The position numbers were made by a program, and so were the translations under genes. The notes beneath the pieces are model-generated. The model ran no database searches. It worked only from the letters and a program-made list of their open reading frames with translations, and was not told the origin of the DNA. Shown one piece after another: positions 50,851-61,548 of a DNA stretch of 64,000 nucleotides. Position 1 is the first letter of the stretch, and each line of letters starts with the position of its first letter. The stretch is from Isurus oxyrinchus (taxonomy: Eukaryota): contig JANJGN010000009.1 in NCBI GenBank assembly GCA_026770705.1, positions 78,802,001-78,866,000 of the forward strand, written 5' to 3'.

Positions 50851-51694
50851 GGCCAAAGGGGATGGAAACTCTTGCATCCATGACTGAGAACAAGTGGTCT
50901 GAGCATAATCTTTGAAATCAGAAGCAAGGCCTTCACCAAATACATTACAAATTTCTGTCAACTTAACCAACTTTAAATAGTAGCACTTCTACATATTCAG
51001 ACAGAGCCAGTAAAAATCAATCAGCAACTAACCTGAAAGTGGTTGATAGGAGGAGTCCTTTCTGCTGCTGAGTGCACATTCAGCTGCTCATGTTTAAGGG
51101 AGGGTGGAACAGTGAGGCCGAAAATGGCTGCACTAGTGTCAAATTAGCATTACACACTGACTGACATCGTAATCTTTCTAATGTGCCAGCTGCACTGGAA
51201 ATGTGTACATGCAGCACAGTTGCCAAAACAATAACCATAGCACCAAAACTACGAGAGCTACTAAGCCGAATTTTGCAGCCAAACCTTTCAAAATTAGCGC
51301 AATAATACTATAGATCCTAATGTATTTTATAAGCAATTTGTTTTTGTTTTCATTGGAGTGACAGTGTGCTTGGCATCTCATAGGTGCTCTAAAATAATTG
51401 TGTGAATCTTAAAATACCTGCAATGTCAATTGGATTATAATTCAGCAATGCTGCTTCAAATTGCCCTCAAGAAATTATTATCCTCAAATAAGTGGAAAAA
51501 TGTGGAATGGAATCTTAGTTATGTTCAGTTGTTGAATTGAGTAATTCCTTTCAAAGGAAGCTGCATTAAATATTTGGAAAAAGCAATGGAGGCTATAGGC
51601 CAAAATGGTCAAATACTCCATAGGACACAATCTTCTATTGTTCAGGTTGGGGAAGGAGTATTGTCTGTAATGGTAGCTTACAGCTTTGAATAGT

Positions 51695-52100
51695 GAGGTG
51701 GTGGCATAGTGGTATTGTCGCTGGACTAGCAATCCAGAGACCACAGACCTAGGGTAATAACCTGGGTTTGAATTCCACCATCATAGATGGTGAAAGTTGA
51801 ATTCACTAACCTAGGGTAATAACCTGGGTTTGAATTCCACCATCATAGATGGTGAAAGTTGAATTCACTAAAAATCTGGGATTACAAACCCGAAGATGAC
51901 CATGAAACCATTGCTGATTGTCATAAAAGCCCATCTGGTTCACTAATGTCCTTTAGGAAAGGAAATCTGCCATCCTTACCTGGTCTGGCCTACATGTGAT
52001 TCCAGACCCATAGCAATGTGGTTGACTCTTAAATGCCCTCTGAACATAGACAATAAAGGCTGGCCTAGGCAGTGATGTCCACATCCCATGAATAGATGAA
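51695..52100 (+). mobile_element. tRNA-derived SINE with duplicated B-box segment
   Basis: A-box tggcatagtgg, B-box ggtttgaattcc present twice, tail ccacatcccatgaa. Confidence 0.8.
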
Positions 52101-52318
52101 ATCAAAGGCTGTAATTTTCCTGATAATCTTGGAAATCAAGAAATATCTATACGGAACATTTTCTCAAGATATGAATTGGGTGAGGTAGATTCCAGAAAAA
52201 AGTAGACTTTGGGTCAACTGTCAGAACTGGGTTAGACTGCCACAAAGCCTTTTCTCATTCCATTGTTTCTTCACATCTCCTTATGTTCTAGAATGTATTG
52301 AATTTGTTATCTTATTAT

Positions 52319-53018
52319 GAGCAGGATTTTTCAGATGCTGTGTTTTCCACCCTGCCACCAGAAAAGTCAGCAGGGAATGCAGCCCTGCTCCTGACAGCTA
52401 CCCCACAGCCATTTAATACTCTGTGGAGTGTTAATTGGCTGGAGGTGGGCCATCTTGCCGACGTCTAGGGACAAGGCCTCACTTCAGATAGTTGCCAGCT
52501 GATCTTATTGGCTGGTATCTCATAGCGCCACCGAGAGTGGTGGCCAACCCTGGGACCACATCCAGTCCCCGGGAACAAGAGCCAGGATCTGGATGGAAGG
52601 TTTCTAGACAGAACCAGGGCAAGAGACACTGGGGAGAGGGGTTCAAAGAAGGTTGTGGGGGCTGGGTTTCAAAAGCCAGGGGTGGAGGAGACACCTGTGG
52701 GTGGGAGGGGGTGGCGTGGTAGGCAACCGGGAAAGAAGGCCCGTGAACGCACATTCGGCTGCTCGCCCTAGGCCAAAGCAGGCTAACCTGCCGAGCCTGT
52801 CCCTAACCTCTTCCCACCAGCCGGAAAATTGTGGTCGGGCAGGTAGTGGCCCTTGTGACCATTAATTGGCCACTTAAGGACTTCAATTGGGGCAAGCCTT
52901 ACACACCCCACCGCCGCTCCCCCCAACCCCATAAAATCACAGCCAGATAAGGAGCAGGTGGGTAAGGAGCAGGAAGGACACATAGTTTTACGGGACCCCG
53001 GACTGTAAAATTCTGCCT
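52319..53018. mobile_element. Divergent Harbinger-type MITE
   Basis: GAGCAGGATTTT...AAAATTCTGCCT termini with TAT on both sides. Confidence 0.65.
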
Positions 53019-53789
53019 TATCTGTGTGCTTGTGGTGCAACACTTCAAAGGAAAAGAAACAAAATAAATATTAACTGTGCTAGTCAAACATTAAAATTTG
53101 AATTAGAATAATTGCAATCCAAAAGTTTGGATTGATAAGGTTTTTAAAGGTGGGAGAATGGGTTTATGGAGAGAGTTCCAAAGAGAAGGACTGAGATGGT
53201 TAAAGAATCTGCTAGCCATGGTGAGGTAAACGGAGGGATCTTGTGCAGAAGGCCAGAGTCAGAGAAATCAAGTTTTTGGGAAGGATGTAGGGCTGAAGGA
53301 TATTGCATAAGGTAGAGTATGGCCATGGAAGGAGAAAGTGGGCATGCAGGAAGCAATGTAAATCAGCGAGGACCAGTGGGTATACATTTTCATCTACACT
53401 AAACGGGCAGTAATCTGGTGGAATGGTTAAAACCCAATTTGTATTCCATTAAAATGATTGGTGGAGGACAGGAAGCCAAAAATGTTCAGAGTAGTCAGGA
53501 CTAGAGTAGACAAAGCCATGCATAAGGTTTTAGAAGAGAGGACTGAGATAGGGACAAAGGAAGATAATGTTATACAGGTGGAAGGAAGTAGCCTGGACAA
53601 GATAGGGAACTTAAAGTTAAACTCAAGACTGAACAGCCACCAAAGTTACAACAATACATGTCAGTCTGAGACAGCAGCAGGGCATGAATGGAGTCAGAAG
53701 CAAAGATGCAGACTTTGTGGCAGGGGCCACAGGCAATAGCTTCGGTTTTCCCTATGCTAAGTTGAGGGACATTATGGCTCACCTAAGAC

Positions 53790-54840
53790 ATTGATTTGTT
53801 CATTCATTGGATGTGGGCATCACTGGCTAGGCCAGCATTCATTGCCCATTCCTAATTGCCCTTGAGAGTGTGGTGGTGAGTTGCCTTCTTGAACTGCTGC
53901 AGTCCATGTGGTGTAGGTACACCCACAGTGCTGTTAGGAAGGGACTTCCAGGATTTTGACCCAGTGATAGTGATAAGGAACGGTGATATATTTCCAAGTC
54001 AGGATGGTGAGTGGCTTGGAGGGGAACATCCAGGTGGTGGTGTTCCCAGCTGTCTGCTGCCCTTGCCCTTCTAGACGGTAGCGGTTGTGGGTTTGGAAGG
54101 TTCCTGCAGTGCATCTTGTAGATAGTACAAACTGCTACAACTATGCATTGGTGGTGGAGGGAGTGAATGTTTGTGGATGGGGTGCCAATCAAGCAGGCTG
54201 CTTTGTCCTGAACGTGTCAGGTTTCTTGAGTGTTGTTGGAGCTGCATTCATCCAGGCAAGCAAGGAGTATTCCATCACAATCCTGACCTGTGTCTTGTAG
54301 AAGGTAGACAGGCTTCTGGGAGTCAGGTGGTGAGTTACTCGCCGCATTTGGACATGGACTGCTTTGGTATCTGAGGTGTTGAGAATGGTGCTAATCATTG
54401 TTGAATCATCAGTAAACATCCCACTTCTGACCTTATGATGGAAGGAAGGTCATTGATGAAGCAGCTGAAGATGGTTGGGCCGAGGACACTACCCTGAGGA
54501 ACTCCCGCAGTGACGTCCTGGAACTGAGATGACTGACCTCTAACAACCACAACCATCTTCCTTTGTGCTAGGCATGACTCCAACCAGCGGAGAGTTTTCC
54601 CCCTGATTCCCATTGACTCCAATTTTGCTTGAGCTCCTTGGTGTCACACTCGGTTAAATGCGGCCTTGATGTCAAGGGCAGTCACTCTCACCTCATCTCT
54701 GGAGTTCAGCTATTTTGTCCATGCTTGAACCAAGGCTGTAATGAGGTCAGGAGCTGAGTGGTCCTGACAGAACCCAAACTGAGCGTCAGCGAGCAGGTTA
54801 TTGCTAAGGAAGTGCCGCTTCATAGCACTGTTGATGTCCC
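53790..54840 (-). mobile_element. CR1/L2-group LINE 3' fragment
   Basis: [51 protein letters not shown]. Confidence 0.9.
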
Positions 54841-55431
54841 CTTCCAACATTGATGTTAAACAAGCAGTCTGACAGATCAGAGAGGGTCAAAAGATCATGA
54901 GAAGTCAGGGGAGAGGTAGAACTGGGTTTCATCAGTGCCAAGAGAAAAACTGATCCTTGCCTCCAGATGCTGTTGCTGAGGAGAAGCAAACAGATAGGGA
55001 AGAAGAGGAGACTAAAGATAGACTGTGGGAAACTCTGGAGGCTTTTTTTACTGGATGAATACATGATGAGGTAGAATTTCTATTGAAGTCATTTCTCCAG
55101 AGCTTCCAATGATTTTCTGCTGAAGTTATTGTGATGAATGATTGGGAGAGCCCTTACAGAAATTCCAGGCCGATAGGTAAGTGAATTAAACTGCTGGGGA
55201 TATTCTTAGAGGGTGAATAGGGAAAGCAGGATTCTCTGGTATTTACGTGTAACACCAAACAATATGCTTGCTAACATTTTATCATAGCAGTACTTTTTGT
55301 AAGTAAACTTTCCTGTTCCTTAACTCTCACATTCTCAATGTTAAAGTGGCACCAGGAGCTGGGATTGGGGCTGTGTGAGATCAGAGTATTTGTGTTGCTT
55401 GCTAAATATCACTCTCTAGTTTTAGACTTAC

Positions 55432-55555
55432 CAGGTTTGCATTTAAATGAAACAATCAGATATTTTCTGGTCCCAGGACAGGGATCGAGTCCAAAGAGCC
55501 GACTGTTGACTGAAAACTGGCAGGAGCGCTCGTCTTGACATTCATCATATACTTT
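55432..55555 (-). CDS. EVA1C-like: EVA1C-like exon, first SUEL lectin domain C-half
   Basis: tacAG...GTAAGT, 124 nt, KVYDECQDERSCQFSVNSRLFGLDPCPGTRKYLIVSFKCKP. Confidence 0.94.
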
Positions 55556-56148
55556 CTGTAAAAAAGACAAATAGTGTTTCCCTTCTAAGTTAAATGATGA
55601 AACAAATCTGATCATGATGCACTAAACTGCCGATAGGGTAAATAGCATTTCCTATTTTTCCTTTGTTGCAGGGAGGTCCCACCTGAAGCAAGCGACATTA
55701 GTGAAACATATGTTTCTATGTGTCTCCAAGTTACAGCTTGTACCTGAATCCCACAGTGATATTCTGCACATGTTGTGATATCTTAGCAATTTGTTGCAGT
55801 TGAGCCAATGCATAACAAAAAAGGTTTTTTAAATATAATACTCCTTACAGCAAAACTTTCTGATGCATCAGAAGTTTGATCAGTACAGGCTAAAGATTGC
55901 AGAAACAATATCAGTAAATATAAATATTTAATAAACCCCACAGCAAGAGACACCCTGTTGCCTGTATTTTTGCTCTGATACATTCATATGTGTGATCTCA
56001 TAGCCATGATAAGAGATAGCACGAAAGGTCAAGGACTTTACTAAAGAAAAGGGTAAAGGCTATCCTGTGCAGATCTTTGGAGCCAGAAGGGAAAAAACAC
56101 TCCTTAAAAATGCTGTGGGTCAGTTCCAGCCCATGCTTAACCTTTGAT

Positions 56149-56926
56149 AAAAACAAAAAAACTGCAGATGCTGGAAATCCAAAACAAAAACAGAATTACC
56201 TGGAAAAACTCAGCAGGTCTGGAAGCATCGGCGGAGAAGAAAAGAGTTGACGTTTCAAGTCCTCATGACCCTTCGACAGAACTTGAGTTCGAGTCCAAGA
56301 AAAAGTTGAAATATAAGCTGGTTTAAGGTGTGTGTGTGGTGGGCGGAGAGATAGAGAGAGATAGAGTGAGGTTGGGGGTGGTTGGGGGGGGGGGGTGGTT
56401 GGGAGGTGGGGGGTTGGGGGTGTGGTTGTATGGACAAACAAGCAGTGATAGAAGCAGATCATCAAAAGATGTCAACGACAATGGTACAATAGAACACATA
56501 GGTGTTAAAGTTAAAGTTGGTGATATTATCTAAACGAATGTGCTAATTAAGAATGGATGGTAGGGCACTCAAGGTATAGCTCTAGTGGGGGTGTTTTTTT
56601 TTATTTTTTTTTATAATGGAAATAGGTGGGAAAAGGAAAATCTTTATAATTTATTGGGAAAAAAAGGAAGGGGGAAGAAACAGAAAGGGGGGGGGGATGG
56701 AGGAGGGAGCTCACGACCTAAAGTTGTTGAATTCAATATTCAGTCCGGAAGGCTGTAAAGTGCCTAGTCGGAAGATGAGGTGTTGTTCCTCCAGTTTGCG
56801 TTGGGCTTCACTGGAACAATGCAGCAAGCCAAGGACAGACATGTGGGCAAGAGAGCAGGGTGGAGTGTTAAAATGGCAAGCGACAGGGAGGTTTGGGTCA
56901 TTCTTGCGGACAGACCGCAGGTGTTC
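56149..56926 (-). mobile_element. Penelope-like element 3' end (GIY-YIG C-terminus plus pLTR)
   Basis: 56929-56711 reads AEHLRSVRKNDPNLPVACHFNTPPCSLAHMSVLGLLHCSSEAQRKLEEQHLIFRLGTLQPSGLNIEFNNFRS*. A 15-bp duplication tgcttaacctttgat is at 56134-56148 and 56927-56941. Confidence 0.9.
56245..56283 (-). ncRNA. Minimal hammerhead ribozyme motif, variant core CUGUCGA
   Basis: AGUU-CUGUCGA-A-GGGUC-augag-GACUU-GAAAC-GUC-AACU. Confidence 0.6.
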
Positions 56927-57479
56927 TGCTTAACCTTTGATGCACTCATCCCCTCTCCAACTGTTCTCCTGCACCCCATGACCGCCACCATCTCCCAGTA
57001 TCTACTTGCGGGATGGGTCAGCATCTGAATTTGTCAGACAGTAAGCCTCAGATTGACATGGACGGGCATGTGGAGCAATTACTCCATTAACTGCCATTCA
57101 TTTTGAGCATGGCTCCTATCAACAAACCAATCTGGCCTTTTAAAGAAAGGATATTAGAACAGTAAGTTGCCTTTACTGTGTAAATAGCAACTTTCCAAGC
57201 TACATTTTAATGCAGAAACTGTGTGAGTTAAGTTGTAGCCAGGTGATTTGTTTTACGTAGAGTTACATAGATTACATAGAACATATGACACAGAAACCAG
57301 CTCAACCAGTCCAAGCCATTGTTTATGATCCATTCACGTGTTCTCCCATCCTCAGCTAACATGAGTATTTAAATGGCTGATGACGACCATGGCAATGGTA
57401 GTATCTAAATCTTTGACTCTGAGACAGTGAACTTGTCTGCCATGGATCTCACTGAAATCTAGTGAACCTCCTCAGGAAA

Positions 57480-58010
57480 AGAACTCCCTTGTAATTTGCA
57501 GCTATCGATTTCTGCCATTTCTATGGCTGTGACCTCACTGCAGGGCCTCCTCACATGTCAGCTCATTGCCTTGGCTCAAAAGCTCGGCCTGGATTTTATT
57601 ATTCTTTAGGCTTCCTACAAGCATGTCTCTGAGGTTGATTTCCAAGTTCAAGCCATACCCACAGTGACAAGAGAGTTTCTTTAGTTCGAGAATGTAATCT
57701 GCCATAGACTCACTTGGCAGCTGCATCCTTTCATATATGCAACTCTCAGCGCAATCTCATTCTTAGTTGCACCATATTATGAATATTATGATTTCATTAA
57801 TCTCAGCATATTCCACCAAACTAGGGTCTCTCTGACATCTTGATTAAAAATTACATCAAAAGCACATGGGCCTATCAGGTTGCTATTATTCCTATCATCT
57901 CCTTTTATTTGCTTTCAGCCAAATATGTAACCTTCATTTGTAATAACACCATTTCTCCCTCTTAGTGTTGAATTCCCCCATTGTGCCAAATATGCTTTCA
58001 ATGCCATTAT
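57480..58010 (-). mobile_element. Decayed Gypsy (K02A2.6-like) gag remnant
   Basis: QLPSESMADYILELKKLSCHCGYGLNLEINLRDMLVGSLKNNKIQAELLS; N-terminal IFGTMGEFNTKREKW. Confidence 0.75.
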
Positions 58011-58520
58011 TTTCAATTACGTACCATGCTGACTTACTGTGTACCTAAACACAATGTGTACACATGGAGCAATCTTTCATGTCACTCAAACTTCCTCAAA
58101 ATCAACACTAGTTTCAACACGTGTGTCACAATGTTCTTCAGTCCTGAACATCTCAAATGAAGTGTAAAAAAGAATTCCATCCTATCCTTGTCATTATCTT
58201 CTTGTTGTGTCTTGCATGAGAAAAGATTAACATGTAACTCACAGCAGCAGCCACTACTGAACAACTTTATTTATACCTCCCAATATAAGAGGGCAATATA
58301 ATAAAATGTTCAGATCTTGCAATACAAGTGTTCTCCCATTTTTCCTCAACTAACTCTAACGCACACTATTCCTTTCTCCCTCATAGCCTTCTCTTCAATG
58401 TATTTATACTATTCACCTCAATTATTTCCTGTGGTAGAAAGTTCCACATTATCACCACTTTCTGGAGGAAAGAGTTCCCTATTTGATTCCTTTTTTTGGT
58501 AACTATCTTATATTGATGGC

Positions 58521-58616
58521 AAAAACAGAATTACCTGGAAAAACTCAGCAGGTCTGGCAGCATCGGCGGAGAAGAAAAGAGTTGACGTTTCGAGTCTTCA
58601 TGACCCTTCGACAGAA
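58521..58616 (-). mobile_element. 96-bp solo PLE pLTR unit carrying a hammerhead
   Basis: 14-bp duplication cttatattgatggc at 58507-58520 and 58617-58630; same boundaries as the left arm at 30703-30798. Confidence 0.85.
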
Positions 58617-58618
58617 CT
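58580..58618 (-). ncRNA. Minimal hammerhead ribozyme motif, variant core CUGUCGA
   Basis: AGUU-CUGUCGA-A-GGGUC-augaa-GACUC-GAAAC-GUC-AACU with all stems intact. Confidence 0.65.
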
Positions 58619-59267
58619 TATATTGATGGCCTCTAGTTTTGCTCTTCCGCACTCTCAATCTATTGACTCTGATCAAAATCTTTCATTGTTTTGAGTCACT
58701 CCTCAGCTTTTGAAACTAAGGGACTAAACTTTTTTGTCATTTTCTTGATATTTATAACTTCATCCTTGTAAATCGTTCTTGCACTACTCCAGTTCCTCTA
58801 TATCCTTCTTGTAAAATGACAGCCAGAATTGTATACTGTACTCCAAATGTGGCCTAACCAAGGCTTGCTACATGTTTGGCATAACTTTTCTAATTTTCAA
58901 TTCTATCCCTCGATAAATAAACATAGTGCTTGGTTTGCTTTATTCCTTATTAACCTGTGTTGCTACTTTTAGTGATTTATGTATTTGTCTTTCTCGATTC
59001 CTTTGCTCATCTACCCCATTGAGGTTCCTACTTTCCAAGTAAAGTGTGATCTCCTTATTTTTCTTACCAAGCTGTAATACCTCACACATATCTGTGTTGA
59101 AATTCATTTGCCAATTATATTCTCATTCTGCAAGTTTACTGGCATCATCTTTTAGTTTGGTGCGGTATTGACAATCCCCCCAATTTGTTGTCATCCACAA
59201 ATTTAGAAATTGTGTTTTTAAGCAATTAGTTTACATTTTCAATGTGGACGAAAGTTACATTACTCAC

Positions 59268-59467
59268 CGGTATAGCAGTGAGGGCAGCACAATTGGTGCT
59301 TTCAGCTGAAGTATTTCTTGTACTGGGACACAGGTGTTCGCTGGGAACACGGCGACCATAGAAAGCAGACAGAATGCTAATGGATGTCTGAGGTGGGCAG
59401 CTTACTGAGAGGCGATCCCCGTCACATGCATGAACCGTGTGGTTCTGCAGAATCTTCAGAAGGTAAC
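59268..59467 (-). CDS. EVA1C-like: EVA1C-like exon, first SUEL lectin domain N-half
   Basis: ctAG...GTGAGT, 200 nt, (G)YLLKILQNHTVHACDGDRLSVSCPPQTSISILSAFYGRRVPSEHLCPSTRNTSAESTNCAALTAIP; resembles EVA1C GYLTKLLQNHT..ACDG. Confidence 0.94.
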
Positions 59468-59591
59468 CTAGAGAAAGAAAACTGATTACTGACGGACTGA
59501 GAGATGGCCCTATCCTTGAAGCTGTGAAAAAAGTATGCTGTAAAATACTGTTATTTTGCACAATCTGCCTTCATCATAATATATTCCACAC

Positions 59592-60378
59592 GGTAGGAGT
59601 TCCTCAGGGTAGTGTCCTCGGCTCAACCATCTTCAACAGCTTCATCAATGGCCTTCCCCCCATCATAAGGTCAGAAGTGGAGATATTCACTGATGATTGC
59701 ACAATGTTCAGCACCATTCATGACTCCTCAGAGACTGAAGCAGTCAGTGCCCACATGCAGCAAAACCTGGACAATATCCAGGCTTGGGCTGACAAGCGGC
59801 AAATAACAGTCACGCTCCACAAGTACCAGGCAATGATCATCTCCAACAAGAGAGAATCTAACCATCTCCACTTTACATTCAATGGCATTCCCATCACTGA
59901 ATCCCCCACTATCAACAACCTTGGGGTTACCACTGACCAGAATCTGAACTGGACTAGCCATATAAATACAATGGCTACAAGAGCAGGTCAGGGATTGGGA
60001 ATTCTGCAGCGAGTAACTCCCTCTGACTCCCCAAAGTCTGTCCACTATCTACAAGGCACAAGTCAGGAATGTGACGAAATACTCTCTCCTTGCTGGATGA
60101 GTGCAGCTCCAACAACACTCAAGAAGCTTGACACCATCCAGGACAAAGCATCCCGCTTGATTGGCACCACGTCCACAACCTTCAACATTCACTCCTTCCC
60201 ACCAACACACAGTGACAGCAGTGTGTACCACCTACAACATGCACTGCAGGAACTCACCAAGGCTCCTTCAACAGCACCTTCCAAGTCCACAACCACTACC
60301 ATTTCTCAAGGAAATTAGAGATGGACAATAAATACTAGCTAGCAATGCCCACACCCAGTGAAAGGATAAATAAAAAAC
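59592..60378 (+). mobile_element. CR1/L2-group LINE 3' fragment
   Basis: [34 protein letters not shown]...LDNIQAWADK, with an A-rich tail. Confidence 0.9.
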
Positions 60379-60835
60379 GCATTCCTGTCAGTTCTCACCG
60401 TACCCACCCCTACCCTCAGACTGTCAGACACAAAGTTGAAACAAACATCCGCACTTTCATTAACTTGAGGATTGATTTCTAAAGTGTTCAACTTGCCAAC
60501 TTTCATCCCCAGTGAAGTCCTATCCCTGACAAAGGATCCTTGATTTTCAAATTCCTCAATAGACTTGCCCCACCTTAACTACAGGATCTTTTATAACCAA
60601 GCTTCCCAGCTCACTCTGTCTGCTCCCCTGAATCCACATTATTGCTTGATCTCAATCAGAGGTTCATCTTTCAGCCACTATGCCTGTTCCAACTGAAATA
60701 TTTTCCTTAGCCCACTCTCAAAATCTGGCTTTTCAGCCATGCCTCCTCTACAATTCCACCCCTGCTCAGTGTTTAACTCACCCCTTATAAATTGCTGAGA
60801 TATTCTCTTACTTAAGAAATTATATTTAAATACAA

Positions 60836-61548
60836 GGCCTGCATTTTTCCTGTGTCGGGCGGGCTCGGTGGGAGCAGGCGGAGTCGACCATGCAGCTGCC
60901 CATTGCCCGCAATCAGCTCGGCAGCACGATTTCAAGTGGGCAGGTCAATTAAGGCCCACCCAGCGTGGATGGTGAGTGTTTCAGCACTACCTGTGCAGGC
61001 CGTGGGGGGCGGGGGGGGGGGTAGGAGGGAGAATCAGATCTAATGTGCAGTTTGCGCATGCGCGCGAAAGAGCACTTCAGTCTCCCTGAGGCATGGAGAT
61101 TGAAGCGCTTTTCAAAAAAATAAATGAAAGCATTAAAAATTTAATGAAACATGTCCCCTCGTGTGACTGTGCCACATGAGATGGGACATGTTTTTATTTT
61201 TCAAAGAAACTTTTTATTTAATTTGTAAAAGCTTGAGGAAATCTCATCCTACTCGTGGATGAGGTTTTCTAAAAAATGTAAAGGCCACTTGACCTTTTCG
61301 CCTGCCTGCCAACTGTAAGGTTGGACAGGCAGTGTAAAGATAAGGTTAATTACTAGTTAAGGTTAATTTCTAGTTAATAGGCTTTTCAATTATCGGCAGC
61401 TGCACAGCCGACTCCAGCGCACACCGCCGAACGAAATATCGCGACACAGCGCAGTGACGTCAGGAAGCATGCCTAATGTCATCGCGCATCATGTTATGAA
61501 CCAGCGTGTCGGGTCCCCCCCCCCCACGCCGAATGTAAAACCCTGGCC
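60836..61548. mobile_element. Harbinger-type MITE
   Basis: GGCCTGCATTTT...AAAACCCTGGCC with CAA duplicated on both sides. Confidence 0.82.

Larger units (their letters stand above)
58330..59220 (-). mobile_element. Old CR1 RT/3' remnant
   Basis: The reverse strand gives KFVDD and LVRPHLEYSIQFW motifs, heavily decayed. Confidence 0.75.

Noticed and set aside
51695-51785. tRNA-like A/B boxes as a tRNA gene
   Set aside because: They continue into a SINE body and LINE-derived tail, and no cloverleaf is evident.
59524-60318. 264-aa ORF
   Set aside because: LINE RT fragment with a frameshift, not a cellular gene.
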